64,000 nucleotides of DNA from the NCBI GenBank assembly GCA_025782575.1, contig JALGYY010000035.1:340670-404669 (forward strand), given 5' to 3'. The stretch is from a bacterium (lineage in GTDB: Bacteria; Orphanbacterota; Orphanbacteria; Orphanbacterales; Orphanbacteraceae). Shown here one piece after another: positions 1 to 9,502 of the stretch. A model generated the notes under the pieces. It did not search any database and was not told where the DNA came from. It was given only the letters and a program-made list of their open reading frames with translations. Within the stretch, counting starts at the first letter, position 1. Each line of letters opens with the position of its first letter. The position numbers and the translations under genes were made by a program.

Positions 1-388
1 GTTTGTGGGACGGGCCGTGGCCAGGCGGGGATGGGTACTTGTCTGCGGCGGCCTGGAGGGGGTCATGGGGGCCGCCTGCCGCGGAGCATTTCAAGCAGGG
101 GGCACGACCATCGGCGTACTTCCCGGAACCGGTCTCGAACCGGCGAACCAGTATCTAACCGCGCGAATCGCCACCGGTTTCGGCCACGGCCGAAACGTCC
201 TCATTCCAAGATCATCCGACGGCGTGATCGCCATCTCCGGCGGCTACGGCACACTCTCCGAGATCGGACTCACTCTCAAAATGGGAATCCCCCTTGTGGG
301 GCTCCGCACCTGGAAGATCGACCCATCCTACCCTATAGTAGAGAATCCGGAAGAGGCGGTGCGCTTCCTCGAGGAGGAACTCACATGA
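1..388 (+). CDS. TIGR00725/LOG-family Rossmann-fold protein (5' truncated by window edge)
   Basis: VCGGLEGVM, GGTTIGVLP, RNVLI and GGYGTLSEI motifs typical of the LOG/TIGR00725 family. Confidence 0.85.
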   Translation, partial: FVGRAVARRGWVLVCGGLEGVMGAACRGAFQAGGTTIGVLPGTGLEPANQYLTARIATGFGHGRNVLIPRSSDGVIAISGGYGTLSEIGLTLKMGIPLVGLRTWKIDPSYPIVENPEEAVRFLEEELT

Positions 389-669
389 GAGAGAATGTCG
401 ATCGTCTGCACGCTATCGTAAGCGGCCGTGTTCAAGGTGTGGGGTTCCGCTATTTTACGCAGCATGTGGCGCTCGGTATGCGGGTCACAGGATTCGTACG
501 AAACCGGCCTGACCGAACCGTCGAGATCGAAGCCCAGGGGGAAAAGGCTGAAGTGGATCGCTTCTTCGATCAGGTACGGATCGGACCGCATGGATCACGG
601 GTCGACGATATTCGAACCGCATCAATCTCGGTCCATCCCGAAGAAGATGGCTTCGAAATTCAGCATTAG
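385..669 (+). CDS. acyP: acylphosphatase
   Basis: GRVQGVGFR and GFVRN motifs; ATG at 385 follows GAGGAGG RBS and overlaps the upstream stop (ATGA). Confidence 0.92.
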   Translation: MRENVDRLHAIVSGRVQGVGFRYFTQHVALGMRVTGFVRNRPDRTVEIEAQGEKAEVDRFFDQVRIGPHGSRVDDIRTASISVHPEEDGFEIQH

Positions 670-675
670 GATGAT

Positions 676-1746
676 ATGAAACGATCGTTAGAAGATGCAA
701 TTTACGAGCAGCTCTCGGCAGAAGGGCGGAGCCTGCTTATCCGGGGCATCGACCGCGGCTATCTGTACGAAGCCGAAATCGACGAACTGAGCGACGCCGG
801 TAAGCTCAATGCAAAAGAGGTCGAGTCCCTTCTCGGTGCCGCCGAAGGATTGTCGATCCCCATCAAACAGACCGAGATGAAGGCGAGACCCCGATCGGTG
901 CCTGGCCAGGAGGATCGCTCATCCGCTCCGTTCGACGCCGAACCGCTCCGGCTTTATCTCGATGAGATCGGACGGATCGATCGCCTCACACCGAAAGAGG
1001 AGGTCGAACTCTCCGACCTGATCCAGGGGGGCGATGAAAGCGCCCGCCGTAAAATGATCGTCGCCAATCTGCGACTGGTGGTTACGATCGCCAGGCATTA
1101 CCGACATCGCGGCGTCCCCTTTCTCGATCTTATCGAAGAGGGGAATCTGGGCGTCATCCGTGCGGCTGACCGTTTTCTGGGATCGAAGGGATGCCGGTTC
1201 AGTACGTACGCCGCCTGGTGGATCCGCCAGGGAATCACCCGGGCGATCGCCAACCGGGGACGAATCATTCGCATTCCGATCTACGTGATCCAGCTCGTCA
1301 GTCGATACGAACGGACCCGTCGAAAACTCTTTCACGATAACGGGAGGGAGCCGAAGCCCGAGGAGATCGCAGCTGTGCTGGAAATCCCGGTGAAGAAAGT
1401 GCTGATGGCCGCCAGTCTCATCGAGAAGATCCGCAGCCTCGATTCGATTGCGAGCCTCGACCTCGTAGGGCAGCTCCTGCAGGAGATTCCGGATCACCAG
1501 AGTGTGTCACCCACCCACATGGTGGAGCTGCAGCTCGAACATGAGAGGCTCGACCGCCTGCTTCACCGGCTGACGGAGAGGGAGGAGGCGATTATCAGGA
1601 TTCGCTTCGGCTTCGATGACGGGATTGCACGGTCGCTCGCCGAGACAGGCAGCGAATTCGGCCTTTCCCGTGAGCGCATCCGCCAGATCGAAGTCAAAGC
1701 GCTCGAGAAGCTCCGCCGGCTTCTCGATATCGTTCCTGGAAAGTGA
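676..1746 (+). CDS. sigma70-family RNA polymerase sigma factor, RpoS/RpoD-like
   Basis: LYLDEIG, NLRLVV, DLIEEGNLG, FSTYAAWWIRQ and SRERIRQIE motifs; lies directly upstream of apt. Confidence 0.9.
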   Translation: MKRSLEDAIYEQLSAEGRSLLIRGIDRGYLYEAEIDELSDAGKLNAKEVESLLGAAEGLSIPIKQTEMKARPRSVPGQEDRSSAPFDAEPLRLYLDEIGRIDRLTPKEEVELSDLIQGGDESARRKMIVANLRLVVTIARHYRHRGVPFLDLIEEGNLGVIRAADRFLGSKGCRFSTYAAWWIRQGITRAIANRGRIIRIPIYVIQLVSRYERTRRKLFHDNGREPKPEEIAAVLEIPVKKVLMAASLIEKIRSLDSIASLDLVGQLLQEIPDHQSVSPTHMVELQLEHERLDRLLHRLTEREEAIIRIRFGFDDGIARSLAETGSEFGLSRERIRQIEVKALEKLRRLLDIVPGK

Positions 1747-1777
1747 ACCGACGATCTCACGATAAAGGAGTGGCCCC

Positions 1778-2299
1778 ATGAATCTCCGTGATCACATACG
1801 AGATGTCCCCGACTTCCCTAAGAAGGGAATACTGTTCAAGGACATCACCACACTGCTCGGAAACGAACCGGCGTTTCGACAGGCTGTGAAGGCCATGTGC
1901 GATCCGTTTCGTAATACGAGTATCGACAAGATCGCCTGCATCGAATCGCGGGGGTTTATTTTCGGCGCTCCCATGTCTCTCGAACTGGGCATCGGAATTG
2001 TTCCTCTTCGAAAGCCGGGCAAACTCCCGGCGAAGACCGTTCGTGAAGAGTACGATCTCGAGTACGGCACCGATGCGCTTGAAATGCACGTGGACGCGTT
2101 TCAGAAAGGGGAGAGGATCCTGATCGTCGATGACCTCCTCGCCACAGGTGGCACGGCAGCCGCCTCCGCCTATCTGATCGAAAAAGCAGGGGGCGAGGTC
2201 GTCTCTTTTGTTTTCCTGCTGGAGCTGGCGTTTCTGAATGGCCGGGAAAAACTGGGCGGCCGGGAGTGCCTGTCGATCATTCGGTACGATGACGATTAG
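1778..2299 (+). CDS. apt: adenine phosphoribosyltransferase
   Basis: PDFPKKGILFKDIT, ESRGF, YDLEYG and VDDLLATGGT motifs. Confidence 0.97.
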   Translation: MNLRDHIRDVPDFPKKGILFKDITTLLGNEPAFRQAVKAMCDPFRNTSIDKIACIESRGFIFGAPMSLELGIGIVPLRKPGKLPAKTVREEYDLEYGTDALEMHVDAFQKGERILIVDDLLATGGTAAASAYLIEKAGGEVVSFVFLLELAFLNGREKLGGRECLSIIRYDDD

Positions 2300-2401
2300 A
2301 TAGTTCCGGGGACACAATACGGAACTCCATCCTCGCGCTTTTGCGTTTACCTTGTCAGAATCGCAGCAAAGCAGGTACATTTCCAAGGATAGTAGGCTAT
2401 C

Positions 2402-2475
2402 GCCCCCGTAGCTCAGTCAGGATAGAGCACCGGTTTCCTAAACCGGGAGCCCAAGTTCGAGTCTTGGCGGGGGCA
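2402..2475 (+). tRNA. tRNA-Arg(CCT)
   Basis: GCCCCCG...CGGGGGC acceptor stem, anticodon arm CCGGT-TTCCTAA-ACCGG, T-loop GTTCGAGTC; CCA not encoded. Confidence 0.95.
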
Positions 2476-2509
2476 AATTCAATTCCCTGAAGAGGTGGGA
2501 CGAAGATAA

Positions 2510-2872
2510 GTGGAACTCGTACGGATAGAAGAGAGAGGCGTGATCGTCCTCAAGTTGTCCGGGAAAATTCTCGGTGGTAAGAAATCGGCGAGCCTGGCTG
2601 ATGAGATCGACCGTTTCGTCGAAGCGAAGGGGAAATCACTTCTATTCGACCTCGATGAAGTCCCCTGGATGAACAGCTCCGGGCTCGGCATCTTCCTCGC
2701 CGCGTTCATCCGGATCCGTGAGGGAGGAGGCACAATGAAGTTCGTTCATGTGCAGGATCGGGTACGGGGAATCCTGGTGACCACAAAGCTGATCGACATA
2801 CTCGAGGTGTTTGAGGATGAGACGGAGGCGATCAAGAGCTTTCACCACACGAAAAGTGGAGAGACAGCCTGA
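2510..2872 (+). CDS. STAS-domain anti-sigma factor antagonist
   Basis: DLDEVPWMNSSGLG phosphorylatable-Ser motif; 120 aa. Confidence 0.9.
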   Translation: MELVRIEERGVIVLKLSGKILGGKKSASLADEIDRFVEAKGKSLLFDLDEVPWMNSSGLGIFLAAFIRIREGGGTMKFVHVQDRVRGILVTTKLIDILEVFEDETEAIKSFHHTKSGETA

Positions 2873-3098
2873 TCAGGGCGCTTCCCTGGTCGACTGGATC
2901 CGGCTCGTTCTTCTTGTCGTGCTCGCCTATCTTCTGGTGGAAGCACTGCGCACCTACATGCGAAGCGTGTTCCCCCTGGCCGGCCCATCGCCGACTCGCT
3001 GGCTCCTTCCGGGCATGTTCGGCGCCGCCACTCTCGGCGCCCTGTTCACCGCGTTCCGACTGATTCGAAAAATCCGGAGAGGAGGGAAAGAGAAATGA
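2856..3098 (+). CDS. small two-TM membrane protein (start uncertain)
   Basis: two hydrophobic segments; fills the gap between the STAS and GGDEF genes and overlaps both. Confidence 0.6.
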   Translation: MERQPDQGASLVDWIRLVLLVVLAYLLVEALRTYMRSVFPLAGPSPTRWLLPGMFGAATLGALFTAFRLIRKIRRGGKEK

Positions 3099-3970
3099 GC
3101 GACCGACAGACAGCCCGACCTGCCGATTCCCTTCTTCGAATCGCCTCCCTTCGAGACTTTGATGGTTCCCGGGATCGATTGATCAGACGATTCCTGATCG
3201 ACCTCTCGAGAGAACCGGGGGGGGAAGGGGCTTCGCTCCTCCTCGATGAGGAGAACGGGGAGATTCTCTACCATCTGGCCGGAACAAAACTCGTCAGACA
3301 GGAAGTGGGGGAAGGGGAGGGAACGGGGTCCCCCTCGGGCCACGAACTTACCATAGAGACACTCGCCGGCAAGCCGATCGGCTTCCTCATTCTGGACAGT
3401 CCGGTAGACGAGAATCATCATATTCTATCGCTCTCTGGATTCCTGGGCGTGACTCTCGACAACCTGGCTCTTCTCGACGAAGCCCGGATCGAAAGCAGGA
3501 TCGATCCGATTACGGGCATCCATAACTACCGGCATGTGACGGAAGAACTGCAGCGCGAACTCGACAGAGCGCGAAGGTTTGACCGTGTTTTTTCGATTCT
3601 CATGGCCGATCTGGACCGCTTCAAAGAAATCAATGATCGCCTGGGACATCTCAAGGGAAACAGTGCACTCAGAAAAATCGCGCAACTCTTTCTGCATTCG
3701 ATCCGATCAGTAGATACAGCGGCCAAGTATGGTGGCGACGAGTTCCTGATCATCCTGCCGGATACGGGCGGGGAGGGGGCTTTTCAGGCTGCCGAAAGGC
3801 TCTTGAGCCACCTGTCGGAGTTGTCACTCGAGGAGGAGATGCGAATCTCCGCCTCGATCGGCGTGGCGACCTATCCGACCGACGGAAAACAGGCGCGCGA
3901 GTTGATCGGCTCCGCCGACCGAGCACTTTATCGTGCTAAAGATAGGGGAGGTGGCGCCGTTGCCGCATGA
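3095..3970 (+). CDS. diguanylate cyclase (GGDEF) with degenerate GAF-like N-terminus
   Basis: DLDRFKEIND, GHLKGN, RSVD I-site and YGGDEF. Confidence 0.92.
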   Translation: MSDRQTARPADSLLRIASLRDFDGSRDRLIRRFLIDLSREPGGEGASLLLDEENGEILYHLAGTKLVRQEVGEGEGTGSPSGHELTIETLAGKPIGFLILDSPVDENHHILSLSGFLGVTLDNLALLDEARIESRIDPITGIHNYRHVTEELQRELDRARRFDRVFSILMADLDRFKEINDRLGHLKGNSALRKIAQLFLHSIRSVDTAAKYGGDEFLIILPDTGGEGAFQAAERLLSHLSELSLEEEMRISASIGVATYPTDGKQARELIGSADRALYRAKDRGGGAVAA

Positions 3971-4004
3971 GAGCAGACACGATCGGGGAACACAAGGAGT
4001 CAGT

Positions 4005-5339
4005 ATGACCGTTTCTCGGACAGACCGGTCCGGTTCGGCGATGCAACCTCTCGCCAGAAAAATTCGTGACAGGAAAGCGAAGCTGGGTGTGATCGGCCTT
4101 GGTTATGTCGGCCTGCCTCTTGCAATGGAATTCACGCGGGCAGGATTCGAAGTCACCGGAATTGACACAGACAAGAGCAAGATCGACAAACTGAAATCAG
4201 GAATCTCCTATGTAAAGGATGTGGAGAGTTCGACGGTAAGCGAGGCTGTCGAAAAAAACCGCCTTCATCTTACGACCGACTTCGAGGCGCTCTCCGATCT
4301 GGACACAGTCAATATCTGCGTTCCCACACCACTCCGGAAGACGCGGGACCCTGACATCTCGTACATTCACGCCGCCGTCCGTGAGATCCAGCGGTTCGTA
4401 CACAAAGGCCAGCTGATCGTTCTCGAGAGCACGACCTACCCGGGCACGACCGACGAGGTGATTCTCCCGATTCTCTCCCAGGGAGGCCTTGAGGTAGGGC
4501 GGGATTTCTTTCTCGCGTTCTCGCCGGAGCGCGTCGATCCGGGGAATGCCCATTACAAGACTCGAAATATCCCCAAGGTTGTCGGTGGCGTGACACCCGC
4601 CTGTACCGAAATCGCGATTGCGCTCTACGAAGCGACCGTGGACGAGGTCGTCCCTGTCTCATCCACACGGGTTGCAGAAATGGTCAAGCTTCTGGAGAAC
4701 ACGTTCCGAAGTGTCAACATCGGGCTCGTGAATGAGATGGCTCTCATGTGCCACACATTGGGAATCAACGTCTGGGAAGTGATCGACGCCGCGGCGACGA
4801 AACCATTCGGATTCATGCCGTTCTATCCGGGACCCGGCCTGGGCGGACATTGCATTCCGATCGATCCCTTCTATCTTTCGTGGAAGGCGAAGCAATTCGG
4901 CTTCGAGGCTCGATTCATCGAGCTGGCCGGACAGATCAACGGCTACATGCCCCAGTTCGTCGTGGAACGGATCACCGACGTGCTGAACAAGCACAAGAAA
5001 GCGATCAACGGCGCCAATATCCTCATTCTGGGCTTGTCCTACAAGGCGAATATTGACGATCTGAGAGAGTCTCCCGCCCTCGATATCATCAGCGTCCTTC
5101 ATCAGAAGGGGGCGAGTTTAAAAGCGTGCGATCCCCATACCACCAAGCAGGATCGCGCTCTCGTGAAATGCCCGATCGTCGATTACGGAGAGGAGGTCCT
5201 CCGATGGGCCGACTGCACGGTAATCGTCACGTCCCATACCTCTGTGGACTACCATCTGGCGGTAAAGGAATGCAAGGCCGTGGTCGATACGAGGAATGCA
5301 CTAAAAGGGCTTTCAGGCGACAATATTCACGTTCTTTAA
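4005..5339 (+). CDS. UDP-N-acetylhexosamine (nucleotide sugar) dehydrogenase, WbpA/WecC/TviB family
   Basis: GLGYVGLP, CVPTP, ESTTYPG, FSPER and GGHCIPIDP; AAGGAG RBS before ATG 4005. Confidence 0.93.
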   Translation: MTVSRTDRSGSAMQPLARKIRDRKAKLGVIGLGYVGLPLAMEFTRAGFEVTGIDTDKSKIDKLKSGISYVKDVESSTVSEAVEKNRLHLTTDFEALSDLDTVNICVPTPLRKTRDPDISYIHAAVREIQRFVHKGQLIVLESTTYPGTTDEVILPILSQGGLEVGRDFFLAFSPERVDPGNAHYKTRNIPKVVGGVTPACTEIAIALYEATVDEVVPVSSTRVAEMVKLLENTFRSVNIGLVNEMALMCHTLGINVWEVIDAAATKPFGFMPFYPGPGLGGHCIPIDPFYLSWKAKQFGFEARFIELAGQINGYMPQFVVERITDVLNKHKKAINGANILILGLSYKANIDDLRESPALDIISVLHQKGASLKACDPHTTKQDRALVKCPIVDYGEEVLRWADCTVIVTSHTSVDYHLAVKECKAVVDTRNALKGLSGDNIHVL

Positions 5340-5386
5340 GAGCGACCTAGGACAGTAAAATCCGGGTGGGAGGGGTTTACCACAAC

Positions 5387-6343
5387 GTGGCAGGCTATCT
5401 GATTACGGGCGGAGCCGGTTTCATCGGGTCCCATCTGGCCCGCAGACTCGTTGAGCGGGGGGAATCGGTTCGGATTTTCGATAACTTCTCGAGCGGCAAG
5501 AGAGAAAACCTGGCTGACATTGAGAGTGCGGTTGAAGTGGTGGAGGCGGATCTTCGCGATCTGGACGCCGTCATGGAGGCCACGCGGGGAGTGGACTATA
5601 TCCTGCATCAGGCTGCCCTTGCTTCTGTTCCCCGATCGATCGCCGACCCCGTATCCACCAACGCCGTCAACGTGGGGGGGACCCTTCATGTGCTCATGGC
5701 CGCCAAAGAGCACTGCGTGAAGCGGATCGTCTTCGCATCTTCATCGTCAGTTTACGGCGATCAGGATCCGGCGGCGGCCAAACGAGAGGACATGCGGCCC
5801 AACCCACTATCTCCCTACGCCGTATCCAAACATGTGGGGGAGCAGTACGGCCACGTCTTTCACAAGCTCCATGATCTCCCCTTCGTAGCGATCCGATACT
5901 TCAATGTTTTCGGACCCTATCAGGACGAAGATTCCGACTACGCCGCGGTCATTCCGATTTTCTCCCGCTGTCTTCTCACCGGCAAGCGGCCGACCGTGTT
6001 CGGTGACGGCAAGCACACCCGTGACTTTACTTACATTTCCAACGTGGTCGACGCAAACATGCTCGCCATGGAGCGTGAGGAAGCGATCGGGCATACGATC
6101 AACGTGGCGTGCAACGGAAGTTTTGATCTGAATTACCTGATCCAGCGCCTGAACCTGGCGTACGGAACAGACCTTGAGCCGATCTATGCCGAGCCGAGAG
6201 CCGGCGATGTCAAGCACTCGCTCGCTGATATCAGCCGTGCCCGCGAGCTGCTCGGATACGATCCGGCCGTCGGCTTTGAGGACGGCCTGGAGGAGTCCGC
6301 GCGGTGGTACGAAAAGAAACTGGCAGCCACACAATCTCCATGA
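5387..6343 (+). CDS. NAD-dependent sugar epimerase, WbpP/GalE-like extended SDR
   Basis: TGGAGFIGS, ASSSSVYG, YAVSK and RYFNVFGP. Confidence 0.92.
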   Translation: MAGYLITGGAGFIGSHLARRLVERGESVRIFDNFSSGKRENLADIESAVEVVEADLRDLDAVMEATRGVDYILHQAALASVPRSIADPVSTNAVNVGGTLHVLMAAKEHCVKRIVFASSSSVYGDQDPAAAKREDMRPNPLSPYAVSKHVGEQYGHVFHKLHDLPFVAIRYFNVFGPYQDEDSDYAAVIPIFSRCLLTGKRPTVFGDGKHTRDFTYISNVVDANMLAMEREEAIGHTINVACNGSFDLNYLIQRLNLAYGTDLEPIYAEPRAGDVKHSLADISRARELLGYDPAVGFEDGLEESARWYEKKLAATQSP

Positions 6344-7461
6344 GCCACACCACTGTTTCCCACGACAGGGACCGGGTCGGCTGGGAGATCATCGATTCCC
6401 TGCGGATGGGCGTGATCCTGATTGACCAGAAGGGTCGAATCCTCGATCTGAATGACGCGGCTTGCCGACTTCTGGGGTTGTCCCGACAGAGCATCCTGGG
6501 CCGGCCGGCCTCCGATTCCCTTCCTCGTGGCGGTGTCGTCTCCGAAGTCATCCGGCAAACTCTCGCCGACAAACGCGCCGTGACCGATCGAATCGGTTCT
6601 CCCCATGGTGAAGACGAGCCGTGTACGTTCCGTTGCCGAAGCATGCTTCTTCGATCGGACAAAAAGGATGACGCGATTCTGGCCTGTCATTTCGAGGATG
6701 TGAGCGATATCGCCAACATGGAAGCGGAAGTAAAGCAACTCGATCGTCTCGCGACAATCGGCCGCTTCGCCTCGGGAATCGCCCATGAGATCAGGAACCC
6801 GCTCATGGGGATCTATGCCGGAGTGCAATACCTGCAAAAAACAATCGTACTCGACTCGCCCGAACAGACGACGACATTTAAAATCATCAGAGACGAAGTC
6901 GAAAGACTGAACCGCATCGTGAGCGACCTTCTCGGCGCCGCAAAGATGCCGGATCCGGAACTGAGGGAAGTGGACCCCAACTCGATCCCCGCAAAGGTCG
7001 TTACCCTGCTCAAGGATGAGGCGGCCGAAAAGGGGATCAGGATCTGTTTCGAGCCGGATGATTCCCTTCCACCGATCGGGCTCGACCCCGATCTCGCCCA
7101 CCAGGTGCTTCTGAACCTCGTCAGGAATGCCATGCAGGCGAGCCCGGATAACGGCACCGTTACGATCTCGATCTCACTGTCGGCGACCAATCCTTCGGCG
7201 GGATTTCTTCCTGGCGATGCTCAAGGTCCCGGACTCGAATTCCGCGTGCGGGATGAGGGACCGGGAGTCCCGGACAAGTCGCGGGAGACCATCTTCGAAC
7301 CGTTCCAGACGACCAAAAAGAGCGGAACCGGACTGGGGCTCTACGTTTCATATCAGATCATGGAAAAGCATGGAGGCGCCCTCTGGGTCGAGGACGATGA
7401 GGGGAAGGGGGCGGTCTTTACGGCACGCTTCCGTTACGGCATTCCGGTAACGCCCGAGTGA
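6340..7461 (+). CDS. PAS-domain sensor histidine kinase
   Basis: PAS-like N-terminus, H-box AHEIRNPL, N-box NLVRNA, DEGPG and GTGLGL. Confidence 0.93.
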   Translation: MSHTTVSHDRDRVGWEIIDSLRMGVILIDQKGRILDLNDAACRLLGLSRQSILGRPASDSLPRGGVVSEVIRQTLADKRAVTDRIGSPHGEDEPCTFRCRSMLLRSDKKDDAILACHFEDVSDIANMEAEVKQLDRLATIGRFASGIAHEIRNPLMGIYAGVQYLQKTIVLDSPEQTTTFKIIRDEVERLNRIVSDLLGAAKMPDPELREVDPNSIPAKVVTLLKDEAAEKGIRICFEPDDSLPPIGLDPDLAHQVLLNLVRNAMQASPDNGTVTISISLSATNPSAGFLPGDAQGPGLEFRVRDEGPGVPDKSRETIFEPFQTTKKSGTGLGLYVSYQIMEKHGGALWVEDDEGKGAVFTARFRYGIPVTPE

Positions 7462-7468
7462 GGCGAAT

Positions 7469-8890
7469 ATGACGCACGCCAGCATACTTCTCGTAGACGA
7501 TCAGAAGTCAGTTCTGCACTTCATGAGCAAGATCATGGAGACTGAAGGTCACACGGTCTACACAGCCGAATCGGTTGCCTCCGGAATTGAACTCTTTGAA
7601 AAGCACGATCCGGATTTCACCATACTCGATCTCCGGCTGCCCGACGGTTCCGGCCTCGACGTGCTGAAGAAGGCGCGTGAAATCAACAAAAACGCTTTCG
7701 TACTCATGGTGACCGGCAGTTCGGATGTTACGGCCGCCGTGCAGGCGATGCGGCTCGGAGCTTATGATTACCTGCCCAAACCGGTTGATGTGGATCACTT
7801 GCTCCTCATCGTTCGCCGGGTATTACAGCTTCAGAAGGACGCCGACGTTCTCGATCATCTCCGTCGTTCACAGAAAGCTGAATTCGGCATTGATTTCATT
7901 TTCAGCCCGAACAGCGCCATCGTCCCCCTGCTCGAAACGGTCAAACAGGTGGCGGAGAGTGATTCCACCAGCGTGCTGATCGAAGGGGAGAGCGGCACGG
8001 GCAAGGAACTCATCGCCCACATCCTGCATCAGCAGAGTGCCCGCTCCAAGGGACCGTTTCTGGACATCAACTGTGCATCCCTCCCGGAGGAGCTCCTCGA
8101 GTCCGAACTCTTCGGACACGAGAAAGGGGCCTACACCGACGCTCACTCCCAGAAGAAAGGGCTGCTGGAACTGGCCGACGGGGGGACACTGTTTCTGGAT
8201 GAACTGGGAGAGATGAGCCTTACGATCCAGGTCAAACTTCTCCGCGTCCTGGAGAAGATGTCGTTCCGGCGAGTCGGCGGTGTCCGGGACATCAGCGTAT
8301 CCGTACGTATCGTTTCAGCTACGAACCGTGAGCTGATGGAAGAAGTTCGCCGTGGCGCGTTTCGTGAGGATCTCTACTACCGGCTGAAGGTCGTGCCGAT
8401 GACGCTGCCCCCTCTTCGGGAACGGCACGAGGACATCCCGTTGCTTGCGATGCACTTCCTCAATCAGTTCAATTCGCAGTTCCGGAAGTCGTTTCGAGGA
8501 TTCACGCCGGAAGCACATGATCTTCTTCTTCGCTATCCATGGCCTGGTAATATTCGAGAGATGCGAAACCTGCTCGAGAGAACGATTCTTCTCAGCAAGG
8601 GTGAATGGATAGACGAATTGATGCTCAGCCTGCCCGGCGGCAGCGGTGGTGGACCGGAATCGGAGGATCTTCGCTTGCTATTTGAAGCGGCGGAGGGGAA
8701 GATACCTCTGGACGGCATTACGCTCCAGAAGCATCTGGAGTGGATGGAGAAAGAGATCATTCTACAAGCCTCGGAGAAGACGAACTGGAACCAGACCCGC
8801 ACAGCCAAGCTCCTTCATATGAACCGCGACAAGCTCCGGTATCGAATGAAGCAGTACGGTCTCGATCGAGAGCCGAGTCACTCCGCCTGA
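7469..8890 (+). CDS. sigma54-dependent response regulator (REC-AAA+-HTH, NtrC family)
   Basis: VDD/LDLRLP receiver, GESGTGKE, GAYTDA (GAFTGA variant), LFLDE, WPGNIRE and Fis-type HTH. Confidence 0.95.
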   Translation: MTHASILLVDDQKSVLHFMSKIMETEGHTVYTAESVASGIELFEKHDPDFTILDLRLPDGSGLDVLKKAREINKNAFVLMVTGSSDVTAAVQAMRLGAYDYLPKPVDVDHLLLIVRRVLQLQKDADVLDHLRRSQKAEFGIDFIFSPNSAIVPLLETVKQVAESDSTSVLIEGESGTGKELIAHILHQQSARSKGPFLDINCASLPEELLESELFGHEKGAYTDAHSQKKGLLELADGGTLFLDELGEMSLTIQVKLLRVLEKMSFRRVGGVRDISVSVRIVSATNRELMEEVRRGAFREDLYYRLKVVPMTLPPLRERHEDIPLLAMHFLNQFNSQFRKSFRGFTPEAHDLLLRYPWPGNIREMRNLLERTILLSKGEWIDELMLSLPGGSGGGPESEDLRLLFEAAEGKIPLDGITLQKHLEWMEKEIILQASEKTNWNQTRTAKLLHMNRDKLRYRMKQYGLDREPSHSA

Positions 8891-9390
8891 TTGTTCGAAG
8901 GGGCCGGCTCGCGCGCGCTCTTCCCGTTATTCTCGTGTCACTCCTGGTTCTCTCCTGCGGCTACAGTCTCTCATCCAAATCCAATCCCCATATCAAGACT
9001 GTGGCGGTTCCGATATTCGACAACGATACTCTGGAGAAGGGGGTCGAAGATCTTCTCACCGCGGAACTGATCAATGTTCTGCAGGAGAATCGATCACTCA
9101 CACTTACAGATGAAAAACGGGCCGACTCCGTGCTCATCGGTCGCATCGTGGACTACCGGCGCACCGTCCACACATACGACACCGCCGAAAATGTACAGGA
9201 GTACAAAGTCGAAATTCTGGTTCGGGTCGAATACGAAGACAGGAAGAAACGAAAGACCCTCTGGGAAGAGAATCGCATGCTCGGGTGGGGCATTTATAAC
9301 GCCTTGGAAGAAGAAGAGGAGGCGGGCCAGCTCCGCGCGATCGTGAAGCTCGCCGAGGACATCAAAACGAAGACCGTCGAAGGCTGGTAA
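8887..9390 (+). CDS. LptE-family lipoprotein (start approximate)
   Basis: lipobox LVLS-CGY, IKTVAVPIFDN and C-terminal GW; adjacent to leuS. Confidence 0.75.
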   Translation: MIVRRGRLARALPVILVSLLVLSCGYSLSSKSNPHIKTVAVPIFDNDTLEKGVEDLLTAELINVLQENRSLTLTDEKRADSVLIGRIVDYRRTVHTYDTAENVQEYKVEILVRVEYEDRKKRKTLWEENRMLGWGIYNALEEEEEAGQLRAIVKLAEDIKTKTVEGW

Positions 9391-9502
9391 CGGTCCTCCA
9401 CCTGAAACAGGCTCTCCGTCACTCCTTTTCACCCCGCCTTGACGCTCACCCGGGAGTGGGACTACCATCCGGGATTCAACCCATCAGGAAGGATTCTTGA
9501 TC

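Noticed and set aside
31..384. N-terminal extension of the acylphosphatase ORF
   Set aside because: Overlaps the LOG-family gene in another frame; the real start is ATG 385 with an RBS.
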